This document shows positions 38,840 to 47,874 of a DNA stretch of 64,000 bases, in pieces. The first letter of the stretch is position 1. Every line of letters starts with the position of its first letter. Source of the stretch: Spirochaetia bacterium (GTDB taxonomy: Bacteria; Spirochaetota; Spirochaetia; SZUA-6; Bin103). The translations under genes and the position numbers were made by a program. The notes below the pieces were generated by a model, which saw only the letters and a program-made list of their open reading frames with translations, did not search any database and was not told the DNA's origin. The stretch spans positions 384,001 to 448,000 of the forward strand of contig CBDBOV010000001.1 of NCBI GenBank assembly GCA_965208575.1. The letters are read 5' to 3'.

Positions 38840-39415
38840 CTACGATTCGACCGGTTTCTGGTCGGGCGGAGCGTATGGTGGGTCGGTCACCAGCCGCGCC
38901 AGCACGCCGTACCAGGTATAGTCGACGGTGTAGACGTCCACGTCGGTAATCTCCTTGATGTAGTAGCTGCGCCCGTCGGGCGTGGCGTCGCCCACGATCA
39001 CCTCCACGAGCCGGCCGTCGATCAGGGTGAGGCCGAGCGTCATCTGCGGCTCGGCAAGGCCGAACAGCTCCATTTGCTCATCCGTTGCCTCCTCGGCGAT
39101 GAGCCGGTTGGCGCCGGGACCGCTGACCAGCAGCGCCACGCCGCCGCCCCAGCGTTCGCGGTTCACCGGCTGCCCCTGTTCGTCGTCGAAATACCACTGC
39201 CGATCCTCGCCGCGCTTCCAGCGCTCCTTCATGCCGGCGCGCGGCAACTGGATCTCCAGGTGGACCAGGTCCATCATGTCGAATCCCCACACGAAGGGGC
39301 GCGGTTCGGCGCGCGGCTGCGGCTGCGGCCGGGTGGCGTAGTACAGGCCGACCCCCAGGCCGCCGGCCACCACGACCAGCAGGATCAGCGAGCGCAGTTT
39401 CAACAGCCGCTGCAT
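38840..39415 (-). CDS. DUF4340-like membrane-anchored protein
   Basis: N-terminal TM helix; FGLAEP...VGDATPDGRSYY..VYTV; lies after the GldG-like gene. Confidence 0.7.
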   Translation of the reverse strand: MQRLLKLRSLILLVVVAGGLGVGLYYATRPQPQPRAEPRPFVWGFDMMDLVHLEIQLPRAGMKERWKRGEDRQWYFDDEQGQPVNRERWGGGVALLVSGPGANRLIAEEATDEQMELFGLAEPQMTLGLTLIDGRLVEVIVGDATPDGRSYYIKEITDVDVYTVDYTWYGVLARLVTDPPYAPPDQKPVES

Positions 39416-39419
39416 CGGA

Positions 39420-40958
39420 TCAGCGCCGCCGCCACCACACCAGCGCGCCGACGATCAGCACCAGCAGCGGCAGCAGGCCGGCGCTGGACAGGTTGAAGAA
39501 GCGCGCTTCCTCGGGGCTCAGCACCAGCCGGCGCACCGGCAGCACCTTGCGGTCCACCGAGATGATCTCCTCGCCGAAGGCGAGCTGGTTCACCAGGGTC
39601 AGGAACAGGTCGCTGTTGCCGGCGTTGCGGAAGTGCTGGTTTGCCGCGAAGTCGGAGTCGCCGATCACGACCAGGCGCGTGGTGAGGTTCGGGTCGTCCT
39701 CGCCGGGCGGCTGGCGGACAAGCAGCACGCCCATCGCCAGCGGCCCCTGCAGATCCTCGTCGGGATCGAACTGCGGCTCGTCGTCGCTGAGCGGTTGCAT
39801 CTCCTGCCACCCGTCCGGCGTGGTCCACGCGAGGGGCACGATCTGGATCTCGTCCGGCTGGTCGGGCAGCGGCAGGACCGCGGTCACGCCCGGGAAGTAG
39901 AGGTCGGCCAGTTGCAGGTTGTTGCGGTTGCGCGCCACCAGCGGGTTGTCCACGTTGGGCACCACGTGCGAGGCGGGGTCGACCAGCGTGCCGTCGCGCA
40001 CCTCCAGCCACCACGTGCGCAGCAACTCGCGCAGCTCCTCCTGCGGGTCGGGATTCAGCAGCAGCAGCATGCGCCCGCCCTGCTGCAGGTACTCGTCCAG
40101 GATCTCCAGTTCCTTGGCGGAAATCGGCTGCTGCGGGCCGGCCACCACCAGGGCGGCGGCGTTTTCCGGTATGCTGCCGAAGCGCAGCAGGTCGAGCTGC
40201 GCCACCTGGAACAGGTTGTCGCGCAGGCCGCTGCGCGCACTGTCGTAGTCGCCGGAGATGGTGGCCTCGCCGTGGCCGGTGAGGAAGTAGACGATGCGCT
40301 GCCTGGTACCGGTCACCTCCAGGAGCGCGCTGGTGAAGGCGTGCTCGGCCTCGAAGCCGATCTGCGGGCCGAACACCTGGCGCTGGCCGGCGCTGCCCAC
40401 GAACACCATGGTGCCGAGGCTGGCGGCCGCCGGGCCGATGCGGTACTGGCGCGCCAGGTCGGGGCGCAGCTCCGGGTCCTCGACGCGCAGCGTCAGCAAG
40501 TCGGTGTAGGTCTGGTACTCGGTCAGCAGGTTGTGGCCGAAGTCGCGCAGCCCGATCAGGCGCGGATCGGCGGGGTTGAAGAACGACACCACCTCGACCG
40601 GCTCTTCCAGCTCTTCGAGCACCTCCTTGGTCTGGGTGGTGAGGGTGAATTGCGACAGGCCGGTAAAGTCGAAGCGGTAGTTCACGCGCACGCTGATTGC
40701 GTTGGCCATCAGCACGATGCCGAGTACCAGTGCCATGCCGGCGCCGGCGCCGACGCCGAACAGCCCGCGCCGGCTGGCAAACGCCCCGCTCACGCGGCGG
40801 AAGTCGAGCACCACCGCGGCCGCCACCAGCGCGGCGCCGAGGCCCACGACGATGTAGGTGACGACGCGGATCGACGGCATCACGAAGCCGAGCACCCACG
40901 CCACGAACAGGGTAGCCAGACCGATAATCGCCAGAACGGAACTGGACATCAGCGCCAC
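39420..40958 (-). CDS. GldG-family ABC transporter auxiliary component
   Basis: RFDFT..FTL..TKEVL, VYFLTGHGE, LVVAGP, RLVVIGDSDF, NSDLF, C-terminal TM-WWRRR. Confidence 0.88.
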   Translation of the reverse strand: MALMSSSVLAIIGLATLFVAWVLGFVMPSIRVVTYIVVGLGAALVAAAVVLDFRRVSGAFASRRGLFGVGAGAGMALVLGIVLMANAISVRVNYRFDFTGLSQFTLTTQTKEVLEELEEPVEVVSFFNPADPRLIGLRDFGHNLLTEYQTYTDLLTLRVEDPELRPDLARQYRIGPAAASLGTMVFVGSAGQRQVFGPQIGFEAEHAFTSALLEVTGTRQRIVYFLTGHGEATISGDYDSARSGLRDNLFQVAQLDLLRFGSIPENAAALVVAGPQQPISAKELEILDEYLQQGGRMLLLLNPDPQEELRELLRTWWLEVRDGTLVDPASHVVPNVDNPLVARNRNNLQLADLYFPGVTAVLPLPDQPDEIQIVPLAWTTPDGWQEMQPLSDDEPQFDPDEDLQGPLAMGVLLVRQPPGEDDPNLTTRLVVIGDSDFAANQHFRNAGNSDLFLTLVNQLAFGEEIISVDRKVLPVRRLVLSPEEARFFNLSSAGLLPLLVLIVGALVWWRRR

Positions 40959-41665
40959 CTCCCCACTTCGATGGAACGCACCGAAAGGTACAGGAACAGC
41001 AGGGCGAAGGTCACGTAGTACACGACGCCGCGGGTGTCCACGATGCCGCGTTCGAAGTCGGCGAAGTAGGTGGACAGCGAGAACAGGGCCAGCACGTCAC
41101 CGATCGCGCCCGGCGCGACGCCGCCCAGGACGCCGAGGAACCACAGCCCGAACAGGATGCCGCCGGCCACCACCGCCGACACGATCTGGTTGGCTGTGAT
41201 CGACGAGGCGAACACGCCGGCGGCAAGGCAGGCGCCGCCGAGCAGGAACAGCCCCAGGTAGCTGGTCGCCATCGGCCCGATGTCCGGGTCGCCGAACGAC
41301 ATCAGCACGATCGGGTAGTAGAAGGTGAGCACCAGCATACCGGTGAGCATGGCCAGGGCGCCCAGGAATTTGCCGACCACGATCTCGACGTCGCGCACCG
41401 GAACGGTGAGCAGAAGCTCCCAGGTGCCGACCTTCTTTTCCTCCGACACCAGCCGCATGGTCAGCACGGCCGCGAACAGCAGCACCAGGAAGCGGGCGGC
41501 GTTCACGAAGCCGCGGATGCTGGTGTCCGCGTAGCCGACGCCGGCCAGGTAGGTGGTGAAGAAGGTGCCGGTCAGCGCCAGGAACACCGCCGTCACGATG
41601 TATGCCATCGGCGAGCCCAGGTAGGTGCCCAGTTCCTTGCGCGCTACGATCAGTATGTTCTTCAT
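40949..41665 (-). CDS. ABC-2 permease (GldF-like)
   Basis: ARKEL..Y..SPMAYIV, TMRLVSEEKKVGTWELLLTVPV, NQIVSA, RGIVDT. Confidence 0.9.
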   Translation of the reverse strand: MKNILIVARKELGTYLGSPMAYIVTAVFLALTGTFFTTYLAGVGYADTSIRGFVNAARFLVLLFAAVLTMRLVSEEKKVGTWELLLTVPVRDVEIVVGKFLGALAMLTGMLVLTFYYPIVLMSFGDPDIGPMATSYLGLFLLGGACLAAGVFASSITANQIVSAVVAGGILFGLWFLGVLGGVAPGAIGDVLALFSLSTYFADFERGIVDTRGVVYYVTFALLFLYLSVRSIEVGRWR

Positions 41666-42723
41666 CGCTCGGCCCCGTCATCGGCCCTGGCGTCGGCTTC
41701 GTCGCCCGCCTCGGTTTCGTCGCCGGGGACCTCGTCCCCTTCCTCGGCCAGGTCGTCCGCGCCGCCGTCATCGTCCTCGTCGTCGTCTTCGTCGTCGATC
41801 TCGTCGCCGTCCGCGGTGGTGAGCTGCAGGAAGATCTCCTCCAGGCTCATGGTCACCGTCTCCATGCCGGTCAACGTCCAGCCGCTCGCCACGATGGCGG
41901 CGGTGATCTCGCCGTGCGGCTGCTCGCCGGCGGCGAACTCCACCATGTGGTCCGGGTCGCTCCAGGTCACGCCGGCGACGCCGGGTACCGCTTCGAGCAC
42001 CGCGGCCACCGCGTCGGTCGGACCGTCCACGTTCAGCCGCAACCGCTCCGCCCCGCTCACCATGGCAGACAGCCGGTCGATGCTGTCCTCGGCCACGATG
42101 CGGCCCTGGTGGATGATGATTACCCGCTCGCACACCATGCTCACCTCGGGCAGGATGTGGCTGGACAGGAGAATGGTACGGTTTTCGCCCAGGTCCCTGA
42201 TCAACTGGCGCGTCTGCGACACCTGGATCGGGTCGATGCCGATGGTCGGCTCGTCGAGAATGAGCACCTCGGGGTCATGGATGATCGACTGCGCCAGCCC
42301 GACGCGCTGGCGGAAACCCTTGGACAGTTTCGCCAGGTGGACGTTGTAGTATTCCTCGAGCGCGCACTGCTCGACCACGTCGTCGACGCGACCGCGCACG
42401 GCGCGCCGTTCCACTCCGCGCAACCGGGCCACGTACTCCAGGTAGGCGCGGGTGGTCATGTCGGTGTACAGCGGCACCACCTCCGGCAGGTAGCCGATGT
42501 GGCGCCGTCCCTGCAGCGACTCGGTGGCCATGTTGTGCTCGCCCACCCACGCGTCGCCGCGGGTGGGCATCAGGAACCCGGTGATGATGCGCATGGTGGT
42601 CGACTTGCCGGCGCCGTTGGGCCCCAGGAAACCGACGATCTCACCCTGCTCGACCGAGAAGCTGATGTCGTCCACGGCGAGGCGCTCGCCATAGTACTTG
42701 GTAAGGTTTTCGATACGTATCAT
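41662..42723 (-). CDS. ABC-2 type ATPase (GldA-like) with an acidic C-terminal tail
   Basis: GPNGAGKST, LSKGFRQR, LDEPT, SSH, SLEEIFL; D/E-rich tail. Confidence 0.93.
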   Translation of the reverse strand: MIRIENLTKYYGERLAVDDISFSVEQGEIVGFLGPNGAGKSTTMRIITGFLMPTRGDAWVGEHNMATESLQGRRHIGYLPEVVPLYTDMTTRAYLEYVARLRGVERRAVRGRVDDVVEQCALEEYYNVHLAKLSKGFRQRVGLAQSIIHDPEVLILDEPTIGIDPIQVSQTRQLIRDLGENRTILLSSHILPEVSMVCERVIIIHQGRIVAEDSIDRLSAMVSGAERLRLNVDGPTDAVAAVLEAVPGVAGVTWSDPDHMVEFAAGEQPHGEITAAIVASGWTLTGMETVTMSLEEIFLQLTTADGDEIDDEDDDEDDDGGADDLAEEGDEVPGDETEAGDEADARADDGAER

Positions 42724-42756
42724 GGTGATTGCGGATCGCGTTGGCGATCAATCGAG

Positions 42757-42785
42757 ACGTTATGCGTCTGCGAGCGCCATGTCAA
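42757..42785 (-). promoter_or_regulatory. sigma70-type promoter of the Gld-like operon
   Basis: TTGACA-17 bp-TAACGT on the minus strand. Confidence 0.5.
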
Positions 42786-42875
42786 CGATGCCCGCTGCAG
42801 GGTACCCGCTGCAGCCGTCCGCTGCGCGCGCGCAGCGGACGCGCCGTCCAAAACGCCCGCGCCGCGTCCGTGGGC

Positions 42876-43469
42876 TCAGCCGGCGCACAGGGTGCCGCGG
42901 TGTGCGATTTCGCCCACCGGCTTGCGGTCGTTCGGCTGCTCGCGCTCCCGGAGCTCGCCGGGCAGCGCGTCGCGCGGGCCGATGCGGCCGGCGGCGAATC
43001 CGCACATCACGGTGTAGCGTTCGGCATCCACGCCGAGCCGGTCGTGAGCGGCCTCCCGGTCGATGCCGGCCATGGCGTGGGTGTAGAGCCCCAGCGCCCG
43101 CGCCTGCAGCGCCAGCGCCATCCAGGCCGCGCCGGTGTCGAACTGGGCGGTGCGCGGCTCGCGGCCGTCGGGGAGGCGCGTGTTGGCGTAGATGAATCCC
43201 ACCAGCGGCGCCTTCGATGCCCAGGCGCGGTTGCGCGGCATCAGGATCGAGTCGAACACCGGACGCTCGGGGCCGTCGGTCTCGTACAGGAACAGCCACG
43301 GCTGCCCGTTGAACGACGACGGCGCCCAGCGCGCGCCTTCGAACAGGGAGGCGATCTCGTTGTCGCCGAGCGGATCGGGGGAGAACGAGCGCGGCGACCA
43401 GCGCCCGATGATCAGGTCATCCACCGCCGCCGAAGCGACGCGCCCGGATTGGTCTTGGTGCGTTGTCAT
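42876..43469 (-). CDS. nitroreductase family protein
   Basis: RWSPRSF, ARWAPSSFNGQPW, FDTGAAW, HAMAG. Confidence 0.92.
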   Translation of the reverse strand: MTTHQDQSGRVASAAVDDLIIGRWSPRSFSPDPLGDNEIASLFEGARWAPSSFNGQPWLFLYETDGPERPVFDSILMPRNRAWASKAPLVGFIYANTRLPDGREPRTAQFDTGAAWMALALQARALGLYTHAMAGIDREAAHDRLGVDAERYTVMCGFAAGRIGPRDALPGELREREQPNDRKPVGEIAHRGTLCAG

Positions 43470-43585
43470 GGATAGCAGAACCGTACCGGCTTGCTGGCAG
43501 TGTGTCGATACAACCGCTGCCGCGGGTGCCGCGGTGTGATGTGTGCGCGATCGGAGCACGGCGGGCAGGCGGGCGCCGAGCCCGT

Positions 43586-44665
43586 TCAAGGTTCGGTGAG
43601 GCGTGCCTGGAGGCAGGAGCCGTAGTCGGCGGCGATCGCGTCCGGCAATTCAATGGCTACGCTCCGCCGCTCCAGCAGGCTCGTGTTCAGCGCCTCCAAC
43701 ACGGAGGCGTTCACCACCGACTGCACCAGCGGCACCAGCGGTTGCGCACGGCCGGCGGCGGCCTGCGCGAAGTTGTCGAGTTGCAGCGCGTAGGAGTTGG
43801 CCGGCTCCACCGCATGTTCCTCTCGCTCGATCTCGGCAAACCGGGGGCTCCCAATCCTGGTCACGCTGGTCACCGCGTCCAGGGACCAGGCGACCGGGAG
43901 ATGCAGCGCGCCGTGCGAGCCGGAGATCAGCAGCTCCTGGCTGAATGACGACCGCCTGCTGCTCTCGACCACGCCGATGCGCCCGTTCTCGTACTCCACG
44001 ACACCGGCGAGCCGGTTGATGGTGCCGTAGCGCTCGCTCACCGAGCCGGTCGCGCTGGCCCGCAGCGGCGGTGAGGCGGCGAAGTGCCCGCAGGCATTGA
44101 CCGCATAGCAGGCCAGGTCGTACGGCACGCCGCCGGCCGTTTCCTTGCGCTGGCGCCAGTTCCTGGTGTCGTCGTCGGGCGATTCCAGCTCCGCATCCCA
44201 CAGGTTGAAGACGGCGCGCACGTAGTCCACCTCGCCCACGGCCCCGGCTGCGATCCGCCGCTCGATGGTCCGGATCGCGGGATGGTGCCGGTACATGAAC
44301 CCTTCCATGATCAGCGCCCCGGCGGCGCGCGCAAGCTCGTAGATCTCGCTCGCCTCCGCGCCGGTCACCGCCAGCGCCTTCTCGCACAGGATGTAGCGTA
44401 CCCCCACGGACAGGCAGGTCTCGATCTGGGCGCGGTGCAGGTTGGGCCAGGTCGCCAGCAGCACGGCGTTCGGCGACTCCGAGTCGAGCAGCGCTTCGAG
44501 GCTTGCGTACGTGCGCTCGGCTCCGTACGTGGCGGCCCAGTCGCGGGCGCGTGCTGCGTCGATGTCGCAGCAGGCGGCGAACCGCACCCTCCCGCCGCCG
44601 AGGCTCAGCGCCGCGCGGGCATGGGCGTGCGAGATGCCGCCGCAGCCGACCATGGCAATCTCCAT
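43586..44665 (-). CDS. Gfo/Idh/MocA family oxidoreductase
   Basis: VGCGGIS, LCEKA, MEGFMYRHHP, GGVPYDLACY. Confidence 0.92.
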   Translation of the reverse strand: MEIAMVGCGGISHAHARAALSLGGGRVRFAACCDIDAARARDWAATYGAERTYASLEALLDSESPNAVLLATWPNLHRAQIETCLSVGVRYILCEKALAVTGAEASEIYELARAAGALIMEGFMYRHHPAIRTIERRIAAGAVGEVDYVRAVFNLWDAELESPDDDTRNWRQRKETAGGVPYDLACYAVNACGHFAASPPLRASATGSVSERYGTINRLAGVVEYENGRIGVVESSRRSSFSQELLISGSHGALHLPVAWSLDAVTSVTRIGSPRFAEIEREEHAVEPANSYALQLDNFAQAAAGRAQPLVPLVQSVVNASVLEALNTSLLERRSVAIELPDAIAADYGSCLQARLTEP

Positions 44666-44832
44666 GCTTCGGTCATCCTCCTTGGTGTATCCCGCCTCGT
44701 CAACCTGGCGGCTCGACCGCCCGCGCGGACCGCGCAGTGACCGGCAGCGCAGCCGGCCGCGACACCGGCTGCATTGATCGAGGCGCGATGCCGGCTCCAC
44801 CACGGGCCGCGATATCGTGCTATCGTCGCGTC

Positions 44833-45621
44833 ATGACTCAGGAAGTTGCACGGCAGACGCGGGAGCAGATGATCCGCGACGGGTTCTGCGTGGTGCCGGA
44901 CGTGCTGACGGACGCGTTCGTGGCACAGTTGCGGGAAGAAACCGCCCGCCTGAACGCGACCGAGGCGCATCACCCCGACACCAGGTACCAGGGCACCCAC
45001 CTCGGCATCAAGTACGCCGACAACCCGATCATGCGCCGGCTCGCCGAGTGGCCGCCCGCGCGCCAGGCGCTCGCGGAACTGGGGTTCGGCGACTTCGTCC
45101 ACAGGGACGCCCTGCTGGTCCTCACCAAGCCGGCGCGCGGGCCGGCGCTGTACTGGCACCAGGACTGGATGCAGTGGAACGACCCGCTGAGCTGCACGCC
45201 GTGGCCGCAGACCATCTTCGTGTCCTACTACCTGGAGGGCACCAGCGTCGAGAACGGGTGTCTGAAAATCATCCCCGGCACGCACCGCAAGCGCATTCCG
45301 CTGCATGACATCCTGGTGACCGCGCACGAGCAGGGCGCCCGGTTCATCGAAGAGGACCACCCGGTCATGTTCAGCGATCACCCGGACCAGGTGGACGTGG
45401 AGGTAGGGCCGCGCGACCTGGTGCTCGCCGATGCGCGCGTTCTGCACGCCGCATACAAGAACCAGACCGACGAGCCGCGTGACCTGCTGCTGCTGTGGCA
45501 CCGCCGCCCCGACACGGTGCCGGAATACTGGCAGGGCGAGGTCCCGCCGGTCATCGCCGACCGCGACCCCGGCGCCGAGTACGAACCCACCCGCATCCCC
45601 GGCAAGTACCTCACCGCGTGA
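44833..45621 (+). CDS. phytanoyl-CoA dioxygenase family (Fe/2OG) protein
   Basis: DGFCVVPDVL, WHQD, NGCLKIIPGTH, LHA. Confidence 0.9.
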   Translation: MTQEVARQTREQMIRDGFCVVPDVLTDAFVAQLREETARLNATEAHHPDTRYQGTHLGIKYADNPIMRRLAEWPPARQALAELGFGDFVHRDALLVLTKPARGPALYWHQDWMQWNDPLSCTPWPQTIFVSYYLEGTSVENGCLKIIPGTHRKRIPLHDILVTAHEQGARFIEEDHPVMFSDHPDQVDVEVGPRDLVLADARVLHAAYKNQTDEPRDLLLLWHRRPDTVPEYWQGEVPPVIADRDPGAEYEPTRIPGKYLTA

Positions 45622-45648
45622 TCATGGGGGTATGGTTAAGTTGAGCAA

Positions 45649-47028
45649 ATGAGCAAATCCATTCTTCAGGAGCGAGCTGAACGGGCAGCCAAGCTGTTTC
45701 GCGATAGGGCTCGAAAGCCCTTGGTAATTGAATTCGCAGGAGTACCAAAGGCGGGAAAGACTAGCACGCTCAATCAAGTACAGGCGTTTCTGAAGCGTTG
45801 CGGATTCCGAACCGAGGTAGTGGTGGAGCGTGCTTCAGTGTGTCCGATTCGTGACAAGAAACATGCGAACTTCAATATCTGGACGTTATGCACGACTCTT
45901 GCTCAGATCCTCGAGAAGACGCAAGAGCCTCCCAGGTCCGACGATCCGCAAATGCTCTTCCTGGACCGTGGATTATTTGATTCGATTTGCTGGCTCACCA
46001 TGATGGAGCGGATCTCGCGGATCCGTAGCGAGGACAGGGAGATCATTCAGAGTTTTCTTTCCATCGGCGACTGGCGGAAACGAATCTCTGCAGTGTTCAT
46101 GATGTTAGCGTCTCCATCTGACGCGATGAACCGTGAGCAGGGAGTACTTCCGGTGATTGGATCGGATGGTTCAATTATGAATCATGAGATCCTACAACAG
46201 ATAAAGGAAGTCAATAAGGAGTGCGCTGAACTGCTCAAACACGACTTCAGGATATATCCAATCAACACCTCGGAAGGTGAAACGAGGGGGAATCCCAAGC
46301 GTACAGCGGAGGTAGTTGCCGAAATCACCGTCGGTCTGATTGAAGAACACATCGCCGAAGAGATCCTGTCGTATCCGAGAGGTCTTGTCACCAAAGCGTT
46401 TTCCGACCGAAATTTCATTTCCTGGGAACGCGCAGGCGAGTTTCTTCGGAAATCTGGTGAGTCTGATTTCAGGGATCGAGATCAGGTCGAGATCGACGAA
46501 TCCAGAGTGCAAGCTCTTCCTATAGTTGTCGTTCGGAAGGCTGACGGCGACGTGCTTCGTCTTCGGCGCCGTGAAAGGACAAGCGACAAAACACTCCACG
46601 ATAAGGTCGTACTGTGGGCTGGTGGACATGTGCGAAGAGAGGATGCCGTCAATGGGGATCCTCTCATTCGCTGTGCGGTGCGGGAACTTGAGGAGGAGTT
46701 GCGACTCCAGATACGTCCGCAAGATCTCTCTCCGATTGGGGCAATCTATTTCGACAATGGAGGAAGCACATCGAAGCACGTCGCAATTGCATACGAATGG
46801 CGTGCCACAACGAATGATGTTTCCGTGGTTCTCAGCCGATCGGAGTTCATCGAAAGACGAGGAACTTCGCTAAGTGGACGGTTTGCCGCCGTAGATGAAC
46901 TAGTCGACTGTGTCAAGGCGAAAACGCTGAAGGAGCCGTGGTCCGTCGAGTTGGTACGCGAGTACTTGGCTAAGGGGACAATCGACGAGGGCATGAGTCT
47001 GTTCAGTATAGAATCGCCGGTGAATTGA
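45649..47028 (+). CDS. thymidylate-kinase-like P-loop domain fused to a NUDIX hydrolase domain
   Basis: VIEFAGVPKAGKTS (Walker A), LDRGLFD; C-terminal GGHV...CAVRELEEEL Nudix box; visibly lower GC than its neighbours. Confidence 0.82.
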   Translation: MSKSILQERAERAAKLFRDRARKPLVIEFAGVPKAGKTSTLNQVQAFLKRCGFRTEVVVERASVCPIRDKKHANFNIWTLCTTLAQILEKTQEPPRSDDPQMLFLDRGLFDSICWLTMMERISRIRSEDREIIQSFLSIGDWRKRISAVFMMLASPSDAMNREQGVLPVIGSDGSIMNHEILQQIKEVNKECAELLKHDFRIYPINTSEGETRGNPKRTAEVVAEITVGLIEEHIAEEILSYPRGLVTKAFSDRNFISWERAGEFLRKSGESDFRDRDQVEIDESRVQALPIVVVRKADGDVLRLRRRERTSDKTLHDKVVLWAGGHVRREDAVNGDPLIRCAVRELEEELRLQIRPQDLSPIGAIYFDNGGSTSKHVAIAYEWRATTNDVSVVLSRSEFIERRGTSLSGRFAAVDELVDCVKAKTLKEPWSVELVREYLAKGTIDEGMSLFSIESPVN

Positions 47029-47104
47029 TTCGGTGCTTTGCAGAGGGTTAACGTGGCGATTGATGGATGCGGTATGGATATGCAGGCGCAAGACTCCATT
47101 CCTG

Positions 47105-47647
47105 TCAGTGCAGCGCGGCGAGGGCGGCGAGGACGCTGCGGGTGTAGCCGGGTTGAAGTTCGATCAGGTGGGTGCCGAACCAGAACACGGGGTGGTGGGA
47201 CGCAACGATGAACTGGTAGCCCTGCGCGCAGGCGGCGTCGATGGTGGCCTTGATGCGCTGCACGGCGGCGAAGTCCTGGCCCGCCTCCGGTTCGTCGACC
47301 AGCAGGGTCATTCCACGCGGGCCGGCGGGCAGGGCGGCGAGCGCCTGGCGGATGATCTGGCCGTGCGAGGAGAAGCTTCCGCGCAGGCGCAGCGCCATCT
47401 CGGCCGGGGTGGCGGCCGGCGTCGAGAGGATTCGCGGGTTCATCCGCTCGGTGTCGAACAGGTGGATCTCGTTGCTGCCGTCGAACTGCAGCCGGCAGTC
47501 GCCGCCGTCGAGCAGCGCCTTGATGATGGTGCTCTTGCCGGAGCCGTTGGGGCCGGCGAGGGTGTTCAGGCCGGGGGCGAATCGCAGCGGGCTCTTGCGC
47601 CGCACCCGGCGCTGCCACTTGAACTGCAGCTCCGCCGACACGATCAC
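47105..47647 (-). CDS. small stand-alone ABC/AAA-type ATPase
   Basis: GPNGSGKST, SSHGQ signature, LLVDEPE, ASHH in only 180 aa. Confidence 0.8.
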   Translation of the reverse strand: MIVSAELQFKWQRRVRRKSPLRFAPGLNTLAGPNGSGKSTIIKALLDGGDCRLQFDGSNEIHLFDTERMNPRILSTPAATPAEMALRLRGSFSSHGQIIRQALAALPAGPRGMTLLVDEPEAGQDFAAVQRIKATIDAACAQGYQFIVASHHPVFWFGTHLIELQPGYTRSVLAALAALH

Positions 47648-47874
47648 GCCGCGGCCTCGGGCGTCCGGCGGCGCGGCAGCCGGCGCTCCTGCGGCGGCTG
47701 CCGCCCTGCTGGCAGGATCACGCGGCCGGCGAACGACGGGACCGGGATGCGGGACTCATGGTGCTACCTTTCCCGCTGTCTCGCTGCACGTCAACCGGGC
47801 GCCGCCTCACGTTGCGGACCGAAACCGGTGGACCGCGTGGCGGGGAGTCGAGTTGTCGGTTTACAGTGGCGGCC

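Noticed and set aside
38840-42723. Gliding motility machinery
   Set aside because: Only the widespread GldA/F/G-like ABC module is present; no GldK-N or Spr genes.
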